Positions 1 to 10,150 of a DNA stretch of 64,000 nt are shown here, one piece after another. The translations under genes were made by a program, and so were the position numbers. The DNA comes from Eledone cirrhosa (Eukaryota), in the NCBI GenBank assembly GCA_964016885.1, contig OZ024757.1, positions 34,968,001 through 35,032,000 of the forward strand. Reading direction: 5' to 3'. The notes below the pieces were generated by a model, which was not told where the DNA came from, did no database searches, and saw only the letters and a list, made by a program, of their open reading frames with translations. Each line of letters starts with the position of its first letter. The stretch's first letter is position 1.

Positions 1-69
1 AAGCAAGAAGAGAAAAGTAAATGAAAATGAGAAAAAAAAAGAAGTAAGAAGTCGGGGGGAGGGACAGAC

Positions 70-310
70 ACTTCACCCCAGTCTAAGTGGTCCCTCAGCC
101 GCAACCTGTGGAAGAAACGTAAAAGCGTTACCTCGGAGCAAGGCCAGAGACACCTGCTACAATAGTCGCCCCTCCTCATGAGGCTCCTGTCGTCTTTCCT
201 CCCGACTTTATGGAGGAAATCAACAGTACAGGGACCAAGTATGGCAGAGGTCTCAATGGAGTGGAAGAGGTGAGTCAGGCCTTAGTACTATCTTACTATC
301 CTCTGCATTG
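70..310 (-). mobile_element. Second, distinct 3' remnant of a CRE-like element, present at the start of every A and B unit
   Basis: ETSAILGPCTxDFLHKVGRK then a frameshift to EPHEEGRLL*QVSLALLRGNAF (hand-translated). Confidence 0.65.
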
Positions 311-446
311 CGGGGTGTGGAGCCTAGGTTTGTGGCTGTAGCTATATTTGAACTTTTATATGAAATTTCAGTTTTATATTTTTCACATCTTAAAACTTAA
401 TCTTAGTCTTTTGCAGCTCATCTTGTTTCATCTCGCAGCACACGAT

Positions 447-467
447 TTGGGAACCACTGCTCTAGAG
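447..467 (+). mobile_element. Isolated hAT (Charlie-type) terminal repeat followed by a preferred target sequence; present in each unit except B3
   Basis: ttgggaaccactg (reverse complement CAGTGGTTCCCAA) directly followed by ctctagag, which fits the NTCTAGAN 8-bp target preference. The partner end was not found. Confidence 0.5.
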
Positions 468-891
468 ATAGAAAAAGTATATTTTATGCAGGGATTCCCT
501 GAGACATAAAAACTATTTCAAGAGATCGACATGGGTAGAAAGGTTGAGAAATGCTGCACAATGTTCTTTGGTTTTTGTTCACCTTTAAATAATCATGTAT
601 AAAATATCGGGTGTGCAAGATTTCATGAAAAGGTATAACATTATTTATGCTGATCTTGCAGGGACTAGCTCCAATTGAGAGTTGTACCAATTCCCACTAA
701 ACTCGAAACTCCTGGACAATATATACATATCTTTATAAGTTCCTGTGTATTGTGTCGTTGTATAATGAAACATAAATATATACCAGGCATGTCAGTCAGA
801 TTTGAACTCACTATATTTGGCGTTTTATAGATATAATTTGTTTGTTAAAACAATTGATTAAATAATAACTAAATAAAATTAATTCTACAAT

Positions 892-967
892 CCTGGATAG
901 GGAATGAACTTATAACTTCATAATAGAAGCCATCTATTCGAGCAGTATTGCCATCTAAGCCACCAGG
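892..967 (-). other. Degenerate tRNA-like / Pol III promoter remnant (in every A and B unit)
   Basis: Minus strand reads cctggtggcttagatgg (A-box-like) ... aagttcattcc (weak B box) ... ccagg, with complementary ends. No full cloverleaf was verified. Confidence 0.3.
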
Positions 968-1345
968 TTACTTACAGAACTTCATTCAAATATAAAATAT
1001 AAAATATATGCCAGACATAGTGAGTTGGAATCTGACTGATTAGTTGGTCATTGTCCCAGCCAACAGTTTAAATCGCCAACCAGTAGGTGACATCGACTAG
1101 GTTGGGAAAACTTGGTTAAGTAGCTCCAGTTATTGCTACGTTAGACATATTCAAGACTTATCGACACTGAATAGAAGAAAGGTAAAGTTGAACTCAGAGT
1201 AAAGAACTGGAAAAATACTGCAAAGAATTCTATCTGATGTTCTAACAATTCTACCAAGTTACCTTATGTATATATATTTATATCTAGAGATAAGAAGAAA
1301 ACTGAAAGAAAGAAAAGAAAAAAAATGAGACCTTATATGTAACCC

Positions 1346-2147
1346 ATGTTACAACTCAATATATATATATTTGAGTTGTAACATATATTCCCGCCGTTGA
1401 AATAAAAATTTTAACAGAGAAACGGCGGGAATATATGTTACAATCCAATCTACATATATTTGGGTTGTAACATATATTCCCGCCGTTGAAATAAAAATTT
1501 TAATAGAAAAACGTCGGGAATATATGTTACAACGCAATCTATATATATTTGGGTTGTAACATATATTCCCGCCGTTGAAATAAAATTTTAATAGAAAAAC
1601 GGCGGGAATATATGTTACAACCCAACCTATATATGTTTGGGTTGTAATATATATTCCCGCCGTTTTTCTGTTAAAATTTTTATTTCAAAGGCGGGAATAT
1701 ATGTTACAACCCAAATATATGTAGATTGGGTTGTAACATATATTCCCGCCGTTTTTCTATTAAAATTTTTATTTCGACGGCGGGAATATATGTTACAACC
1801 CAAATATATGTAGATTGGATTGTAACATATATTCCCGCCGTTTTTCTATTAAAATGTTTATTTCAACGGCGGGAATATATGTTACAACCCAAATATATAT
1901 AGATTGGGCTGTAACATATATTCCCGCCGTTTTTCTATTAAAATTTTTATTTCAACGGCGGGAATATATGTTACAACCCAAATATATATAGATTGGGCTG
2001 TAACATATATTCCCGCCGTTTTTCTATTAAAATTTTTATTTCAACGGCGGGAATATATGTTACAACCCAAATATATAGAGATTGGGTTGTAACATATATT
2101 CCCGCCGTGTTTCTATTAAAACTTTTATTTCAACGGCGGGAATATAT
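1346..2147. repeat. 89-bp double-hairpin (palindromic) minisatellite, 9 units with internal inversion
   Basis: Unit gttgtaacatatattcccgccgtt-gaaataaaaattttaatagaaa-aacggcgggaatatatgttacaac-ccaatctatatatatttgg. Starts at 1375, 1464, 1553, 1641. Loops are reversed after about 1630. Confidence 0.97.
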
Positions 2148-2204
2148 ACCCTGAGAGACTGAGAAATCTCTTTCAAAGAGATTTCTCAGTCTCTCAGGGT
2201 ATAT
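2144..2204. repeat. Perfect 61-bp hairpin (30-bp arms, 1-nt loop); also 26862-26922, 29539-29599, 32216-32276, 34981-35041
   Basis: atataccctgagagactgagaaatctcttt-c-aaagagatttctcagtctctcagggtatat. Confidence 0.97.
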
Positions 2205-2420
2205 TTGCAATGGTGGCAACACAACCTTTCCTTTATTACAACAGTTACAATTTTCATTTCTAAATTTCAAAGCTCCACAGTGATCACACGAAACATTCAT
2301 ATCACTGATATGAAATCCTTCTACATTTCCATTAATATTAATTGTTGGCCAATTTCTCTTATGACACTCATTATCCATTCTTCTCTGTCTGAATGTTTTC
2401 CAGTCTAAGTCTATTTGCAT
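2175..2420 (-). pseudogene. Truncated Helitron N-terminal Cys-cluster fragment in unit A (also 26893-27138, 29570-29815, 32247-32492, 35012-35257)
   Basis: ORF MQIDLDWKTF..CDHCGALKF..YPERLRNLFER then diverges into the fold-back and satellite sequence. Confidence 0.88.
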
Positions 2421-4027
2421 GGAATAATTATATTCTGTTGTTTATTATGTAATTAAATAGCTCTGTACAATACATAGAGCATTCTTCTTTTCTTTACCTT
2501 TTCTATGGAAATACAAGAACAAACATATATATATATATATATATGTGTGTATATACATAAACAAGACTGTTATTGCTCCAACCAGTCTATTTACCTTTGA
2601 TAACTATCCTAAATATAAATACACCTATACCATACATACACATATCATATATGTTTTTGATGCCATGGTATAGCAGAGATAAGCAAGAAGAGAAAAGAAA
2701 ATGAAAATGAGAAAAAAAAAGAAGTAAGAAGTCGGGGGGAGGGACAGACACTTCACCCCAGTCTAAGTGGTCCCTCAGCCGCAACCTGTGGAAGAAACGT
2801 AAAAGCGTTACCTCGGAGCAAGGCCAGAGACACCTGCTACAATAGTCGCCCCTCCTCATGAGGCTCCTGTCGTCTTTCCTCCCGACTTTATGGAGGAAAT
2901 CAACAGTACAGGGACCAAGTATGGCAGAGGTCTCAATGGAGTGGAAGAGGTGAGTCAGGCCTTAGTACTATCTTACTATCCTCTGCATTGCGGGGTGTGG
3001 AGCCTAGGTTTGTGGCTGTAGCTATATTTGAACTTTTATATGAAATTTCAGTTTTATATTTTTCACATCTTAAAACTTAATCTTAGTCTTTTGCAGCTCA
3101 TCTTGTTTCATCTCGCAGCACACGATTTGGGAACCACTGCTCTAGAGATAGAAAAAGTATATTTTATGCAGGGATTCCCTGAGACATAAAAACTATTTCA
3201 AGAGATCGACATGGGTAGAAAGGTTGAGAAATGCTGCACAATGTTCTTTGGTTTTTGTTCACCTTTAAATAATCATGTATAAAATATCGGGTGTGCAAGA
3301 TTTCATGAAAAGGTATAACATTATTTATGCTGATCTTGCAGGGACTAGCTCCAATTGAGAGTTGTACCAATTCCCACTAAACTCGAAACTCCTGGACAAT
3401 ATATACATATCTTTATAAGTTCCTGTGTATTGTGTCGTTGTATAATGAAACATAAATATATACCAGGCATGTCAGTCAGATTTGAACTCACTATATTTGG
3501 CGTTTTATAGATATAATTTGTTTGTTAAAACAATTGATTAAATAATAACTAAATAAAATTAATTCTACAATCCTGGATAGGGAATGAACTTATAACTTCA
3601 TAATAGAAGCCATCTATTCGAGCAGTATTGCCATATAAGCCACCAGGTTACTTACAGAACTTCATTCAAATATAAAATATAAAATATATGCCAGACATAG
3701 TGAGTTGGAATCTGACTGATTAGTTGGTCATTGTCCCAGCCAACAGTTTAAATCGCCAACCAGTAGGTGACATCGACTAGGTTGGGAAAACTTGGTTAAG
3801 TAGCTCCAGTTATTGCTACGTTAGACATATTCAAGACTTATCGACACCGAATGGAAGAAAGGTAAAGTTGAACTCAGAGTAAAGAACTGGAAAAATACTG
3901 CAAAGAATTCTATCTGATGTTCTAACAATTCTACCAAATTACCTTATGTATATATATTTATATCTAGAGATAAGAAGAAAACTGAAAGAAAGAAAAAAAA
4001 AAAATGAGACCTTATATGTAACCCATG

Positions 4028-4088
4028 ACCAGGATTGAAACCGAAACCAGGACTACCACCATCTCTGGTATCACCCACCAGACCACCA
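4028..4088 (-). other. Degenerate tRNA-derived head (SINE-like) next to the unit-A breakpoint
   Basis: Minus strand tggtctggtgg (A-box-like) ... ggtttcaatcc (ggtttgaatcc in B3; B-box-like). Confidence 0.35.
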
Positions 4089-4569
4089 TGAAAGATACAA
4101 AAATCTGCCTTTTTAATATTTATAAGCCTACTTTCAATATTAAAGTAATTAACATGTGGTGTTGTTCATGCCTTTCTCTATGTTATTGGTAAAAAATAAA
4201 GTATTTAAACCTCAAATTTTGTTATTCAAATATGCTTGCTTATGTAATTATAAATGTCGCAGAATACACACACATATATAGATGTGAAAATATTCAGGAC
4301 CCCAACGGCTGTGCTACTGCCGTTTCGACATCTATATATATATCTTTTAGTCCTAGGCTCTTTCAGCGCAGAAAGAATTCTCCAATGATCACAACCAGCT
4401 AATGGTGCCCAGTGGAAGCACTTTAGTCTAATTATAACCCCAACGATCACGATTAGCGGCGGCTTTTTCGAGTCTGAGGTTGACTGCCAGATATATATAT
4501 ATATCTATATATATATATATATTTTTATACTTTGCTAGAATCCCGGAGAACAACAGAAAGATGCTGAGT

Positions 4570-6911
4570 TCAGAGTTTAAAAAACATGTCCCCTTTAATA
4601 TAAAAACAATCCGAGTCTTGTAAAAGTGTTATTACTGTAATATAAAGTAGAAACCCTTTATTTAAACAAAGCTGCGATGCAGCGATCATCAAAGCAAACC
4701 CCAAAATGTAAACACACTTCTCGCAGGTGCTGCCAGATACACGATAACATGTGTATACGAAGTGTAACAGGGAGTTGGGTCGTATTATATGACTTTCAAA
4801 TTGACCCCTATTATATTAAAATTATCCCCTGTGGGGCGTGCACCCCACGTTGAGAATCCCTCATAAATAAATATATGTGAGTGTGTTGCTATGACTGCTA
4901 TTTCTAGCAGGTTTACTGCAGTCCTGTAGACGCACAACAAAAACCGGAAGTGGCAGCCATTAAAAAACTTTGGCTTAAAATCAGCCAAAAGATTTTCAAT
5001 AATAGTAAAATTTTATTTTTGACAAGGACGATAACTTTTGTCTTACTTAATCGCAAAAATCGAGGCAAAAATTTTGAGGGTGTGCAGTTTACACGCTAAA
5101 AATAAACCTGCTAGAAATAGCAGTCATAGCAACTCACTTACATATATTTATATATCATATATATATATATATGATATATATATGGACACTTTAGAAATAG
5201 CAGCGAATAACAGAAAGGACACACACACACACACATATATATATATACACACACACACATATATATATATGCCCCAGCACACACACATATATATATATAT
5301 ATATACACACACACATATATATATATATGCCCCAGCATACACACACACACATATATATACATATATATATATATGCCCCAGCATGGTCTTGGACGATTGT
5401 CTAACTAAGGCCAATAATAAAATACTTCAAAATAAATTAAACACCCCTAAATCCGGGGTTACAACTTGGATTACTTAAAAGTCAGTAAAGCTGTAAAGAT
5501 TCTATATTGTAAATAGGTGGTCGCATGTTCGAATCCGGGCAAATCCCGAGAAAAATAACGAAAAGAAGGACAATGTAAAAATAGCAGCCATAGACGAGGG
5601 GAGGACACACACACAAACACACACACTCACACACACATATACACACACATGTGTATATATATATATGTGTGTCTGTGTATGTGTTTGGCTGCTATATATA
5701 TATATAGCGGTCAACACACACACACGTACATATATAAGTGTGTGTGTTTGGCTGATATATATATATATATATATATATGATATATAAATATATGTGAGTT
5801 GCTATGACTGCTATTTCTAGCAGGTTTATTTTAGCGTGTAAACTGCACACCCGCAAAATTTTTGCCTCGATTTTTGCGATTAAGTAAGACAAAAGTTATC
5901 GTCCTTGTCAAAAATAAAATTTTACTATTATTGAAAATCTTTTGGCTGATTTTAAGCCAAAGTTTTTTAATGGCTGCCACTTCCGGTTTTTGTTGTGCGT
6001 CTACAGGACAGCCAGAAACCTACTAGAAATAGCAGTCATAACAACACACTTATGTATATTTATATATCAGGGATTCTCAACGAAGGGTACACGCCCCACA
6101 GGGGCAATTTGAATTTAATAGGGGCCAATTAGAAAGTGATATAATACGACCAAACTTCCAGTTACACTTTGTTCACATGTTATCGTGTATCTGGCAGCAG
6201 CTACGAGAAGTTTGTTTATATTTTGAAGTTTGTTTTGATCATCGCGGCATCGTAGCTTTGTTTAATTAAAGCATTTCTACTTTATATTACAGTAGTAACA
6301 CTTTTACAAGACTCGGTTTATTTCTATATTAAAGGGGAACATAAACCTAATTTTTAAACGTTGAGGTGGGGCATGGAGCAAAAAAGGTTTGGAACTACTG
6401 AAGACAACGAATCATCGTTTTTATTAATGTAAACAAACTTCTCGCAGGTGCTGCCAGATACACGATAACATGTCTATACAAAGTGTAACAGGGAGTTGGG
6501 TCGTATTATATGACTTTCAAATTGACCCCTATTATATTAAAATTATCCCCTGTGGGGCGTGCACCCCACGTTGAGAATCCCTCATAAATAAATATATGTG
6601 AGTGTTGCTATGACTGCTATTTCTAGCAGGTTTACTGCAGTCCTGTAGACGCACAACAAAAACCGGAAGTGGCAGCCATTAAAAAACTTTGGCTTAAAAT
6701 CAGGCAAAAGTTTTTTTAACAATTTGCCAAGAAAGATAACTCTTGTCTTACTTAATCGCAAAAATCGAGGCAAAAATTTTGCGGGTGTGCAGTTTGTTTG
6801 GTGTATTTGACTGCTATTTCTAGCATATATGGACACTTTAGAAATAGCAGCGAAACACGGGAAACATAAGAAAGAAGGTCACACACGTATATATATATAT
6901 ATAATTATGTA

Positions 6912-6949
<38 letters not shown>

Positions 6950-7450
6950 TATATGCACAGATATATACATTTAAATATATATATTTATATATATATACAC
7001 GCGCGCACACACACCTATACGTAGATATGGGTGTGTGTATAGCTGGTATATATATGTATGGGTGAGTGTATAGCTGGTATATATATATATATATATAGGT
7101 GTGTGTCCTTCTTTCTGCTGTTTTCCGTTTTTCGCTGCTATTTCTAAAGTGTCCATACATGCTAGAAATAGCAGTCAAATACACCAAACAAACTGCACAC
7201 CCGCAAAATTTTTGCCTCGATTTTTGCGATTAAGTAAGACAAGAGTTATCTTTCTTGGCAAATTGTTAAAAAACTTTTGCCTGATTTTAAGCCAAAGTTT
7301 TTTAATGGCTGCCACTTCCGGTTTTTGTTGCGCGTCTACAGGACTGCAGTAAACCTGCTAGAAATAGCAGTCATAGAAACACACTCACATATATTTATTT
7401 ATGAGGGATTCTCAACGTGGGGTGCACGCCCCACAGGGGATAATTTGAAT
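4570..7450. repeat. Two adjacent fold-back (inverted repeat) structures with TA/CA microsatellite spacers (also about 37140-39980)
   Basis: Arms about 4740-5160 / 5770-6180 and about 6541-6890 / 7095-7447. The same ORF (DFKPKFFNGCHFRFLL) appears on alternating strands. Recurrent ctagaaatagcag motif. Confidence 0.88.
6068..6400 (+). mobile_element. hAT-like MITE (about 333 bp); also 38582-38915 and partial copies in both orientations at about 4570-4862, 6430-6582, 7403-7450, 14630-14903, 15525-15830, 17075-17252
   Basis: Imperfect terminal inverted repeats cagggattctcaac / gtttggaactactg resemble CAG(G/T)GGTTC(T/C)CAA hAT ends. No clear target-site duplication. Confidence 0.5.
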
Positions 7451-8048
7451 ATCCCCCTCTTTATATCAATTAGCACTAACTCTCTCCCTCTCTATATCTA
7501 CTACACGGCACTCTCTTCCAATACCCCTCTCTATATGAAGTAACACCAAACTCTCCCCCTCTCTATATATTAAGCACTAAGTCAGGAATTTTTTTCTTCT
7601 TTCGTGCAGAGAGAGTAAAGTTGATTAAATCTACTGCAGTGAATTACTGGTATTTTATTTAATAAAAATTAAAATTTACTATTTGTCTTCGTTTAATTTT
7701 CGTTTTTCTTTACATATTTTCGTTTCGTTAAATGTCTCCAGAATTTGTTTTTACTTTTACCGGATATTGAAGGTGTAAACTTGGTGTTGTCTAGAAACGT
7801 GTTAGAAATATTTTTCTTTTAATTGTGAAGAATTTAACCGCAAAGTAAGTTTTTTTTACTGTTTATTTGTGGCTGGGACAACGTATGGTATGTGTTAATG
7901 TAAATGGTGAAGGTTTAAAGATTCTTTTTACAACTGAAAATCAGTTTGTTGTTGCTGCTAATTACTTAACGCATGGAATAGATTTAAAAAATACACGATT
8001 GTTTCTCGGAAGAGAGGAAGAAGAAACAAATCACAGAAGCGGGTAGCA

Positions 8049-8224
8049 CACACATTTGGGACCACATACAACACAAAAACAGGTAATCCACACATCTGGG
8101 ACCACATACAACACACCAGCAGGTAATACATACATCTAGGACCACATAAGCAGGTAATACACACATCTAGGACCACATACAACACACAAGCAGGTAATAC
8201 ACACATCTAGGACGACATACAACC
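8049..8224. repeat. About 40-bp degenerate minisatellite (about 4.5 units; also about 17973-18148, and 40578-40793 with one more unit)
   Basis: acacacatctaggaccacatacaacacacaagcaggtaat repeated. Confidence 0.88.
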
Positions 8225-8306
8225 AAAGGCAGGCGAAAGGGGTGGACAAACGAGCTGCTACTAGATCAAAAGATAACAGTATCGCGAGGAGCACTGGGAA
8301 ACCTCT

Positions 8307-8525
8307 CTAATGATTTTTTAGGCAAGCCAGCACGTCTGCAGCGTTACCTCGGGCGATGGCGAGGCTGAGGAGCTGGAACAACCAAGTGCCCTCACGAGCT
8401 TCACCAGTCACCTTCGTCAGGCTAGCCGCCAGTGAAGATAGGAATCTCGCAGTCAGTATCCTGACTCCCCCAAACGCCACAGTCTGGAAAATGTAGTTGG
8501 CCGACAGATCACATTATTACTTAAC
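8307..8525 (-). mobile_element. 3' remnant of a CRE-like non-LTR element (also 18231-18449 and 40876-41094)
   Basis: ANYIFQPVAFG..FLSSLAASLTKVTGEAREGTWLFQLLSLAIARGNAADVL is the typical C-terminal F.P.A..TG...E...L.Q.LS.A..RGNA signature. Confidence 0.75.
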
Positions 8526-8540
8526 AGTGATAGATATTCT

Positions 8541-8615
8541 GTCTAAAGGAGGGGCGTACAACAGGCGGCCCGCGGGCCACAATCGAGCCCACCTGACCAG
8601 TCAGAGTGGCCCGCA
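8541..8615 (+). mobile_element. Degenerate hAT MITE 5' end immediately upstream of the 55-bp VNTR
   Basis: gtctaaag + gaggggcgtacaacaggcggcccgcgggccac resembles CAGGGGTGTCCAAC..GCGGCCCGCGGGCC hAT MITE ends. Confidence 0.4.
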
Positions 8616-8668
8616 ATGACTCTTGTAGGCTTATTTAGAATTTTTTCCATACCCGTAATACTTCTGTT

Positions 8669-9586
8669 AGTTGACCTATACTAAAGGACTTCACTGATAG
8701 GGTTATATGTGTTATAGTTTCCCAGTTGACCTATACTAAAGGACTTCACTGATAGGGTTATATGTGTTATAGTTTCCCAGTTGACCTATACTAAAGGACT
8801 TCACTGATAGGGTTATATGTGTTATAATTTCCCAGTTGACCTATACTAAAGGACTTCACTGATAGGGTTATATGTGTTATAGTTTCCCAGTTGACCTATA
8901 CTAAAGGACTTCACTGATAGGGTTATATGTGTTATAGTTTCCCAGTTGACCTATACTAAAGAGCTTCACTGATAGAGTTATATGTGTTATAGTTTCCCAG
9001 AGGGCTTCACTGATAGGGTTATATGTGTTATAGTTTCCCAGTTGACCTATACTAAAGGACTTCACTGATAGGGTTATATGTGTTATAGTTTCCCAGTTGA
9101 CCTATACTAAAGGACTTCACTGATAGGGTTATATGTGTTATAGTTTCCCAGTTGACCTATACTAAAGGACTTCACTGATAGGGTTATATGTGTTATAGTT
9201 TCCCAGTTGACCTATACTAAAGGACTTCACTGATAGGGTTATATGTGTTATAGTTTCCCAGTTGACCTATACTAAAGGACTTCACTGATAGGGTTATATG
9301 TGTTATAGTTTCCCAGTTGACCTATACTAAAGGACTTCACTGATAGGGTTATATGTGTTATAGTTTCCCAGTTGACCTATACTAAAGGACTTCACTGATA
9401 GGGTTATATGTGTTATAGTTTCCCAGTTGACCTATACTAAAGGACTTCACTGATAGGGTTATATGTGTTATAGTTTCCCAGTTGACCTATACTAAAGGAC
9501 TTCACTGATAGGGTTATATGTGTTATAGTTTCCCAGTTGACCTATACTAAAGGGCTTCACTGATAGAGTTATATGTGTTATAGTTT
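8669..9586. repeat. 55-bp VNTR, about 17 units (one truncated)
   Basis: agttgacctatactaaaggacttcactgatagggttatatgtgttatagtttccc repeated, starting at 8669, 8724, 8779 and so on. Confidence 0.97.
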
Positions 9587-10150
9587 GAAACAAACTACCC
9601 GCATCAGTTATTATACTTTTATAACACCGCTATATTACCTACATGAAAGAGGTAAATATTTATTTCTCTTGTCTTCTTAAATGTATAGAACATTTTTCTT
9701 ATATATATTCTTAACATAGCTAGGACCGTTTATTATTTACTAGTCTCTACTCCTAGGACTTTGCTGGTCTCATGTCCCCTCCATCAACACACACTCGGTA
9801 GAAAGCTGGTCGTCGGAGGTAAAGTGGCCCTGATTACAGGTCTAGTATTGAAGCCTTTCGGCTTGAGCCTTGCTGATGCCGACAGAGTTCCTGTGGTAGT
9901 TTTGGTAGCACAGGTGACATTTTATTGTGTTTAGGTACCGGCTAGTGCGGACACAGAGAGCACAACCAGGTGGTGAGCTGGCAACGACCAAGTGTAGAGG
10001 GCCAGCTTTGAAATTCGAGCGACGGAGTGAACTAGTAAAAGAGGCAGGGTAAGCAGCATTGGTTCTAACGGTCGGACTAGAATGGAGGTTGGGTAGTGCT
10101 GGGGGTGGGCTAACAGTTGTAGGAGTGGTGGGGGTTGGTAGGATTAATTT

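Larger units (their letters stand above)
1..2680. repeat. Unit A (about 2.68 kb), deletion derivative of unit B
   Basis: Position 1 (aagcaagaagagaaaag) recurs at 2681. The sequence matches B up to tgtaacccatg (1348 vs about 4027), then the 89-bp array, then rejoins the Helitron 5' region. Confidence 0.95.

Noticed and set aside
484-690. 68-aa ORF conserved in most units
   Set aside because: Conservation reflects recent duplication. It has a non-ATG start, overlaps hAT-like terminal sequence, and is partly deleted in B3.
5500-5550. tRNA gene suggested by gttcgaatcc
   Set aside because: B box only. No convincing A box or cloverleaf.
5038-7187. Tyr/Ile/His/Thr-rich ORFs
   Set aside because: Translations of (TA)n and (CA)n microsatellites.
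7590-7850. Possible exon (polypyrimidine-cag acceptors, aaa|gtaagt donor)
   Set aside because: No coding signal or transcript evidence. Such motifs are common in T-rich DNA.
8669-9586. CRISPR-like appearance of the 55-bp, 46-bp and 89-bp arrays
   Set aside because: No unique spacers, no cas genes, and a eukaryotic repeat context.
9700-10100. Helitron 3' terminus (hairpin + CTAG)
   Set aside because: Several ctag sites but none with a convincing GC-rich subterminal hairpin at the expected spacing.
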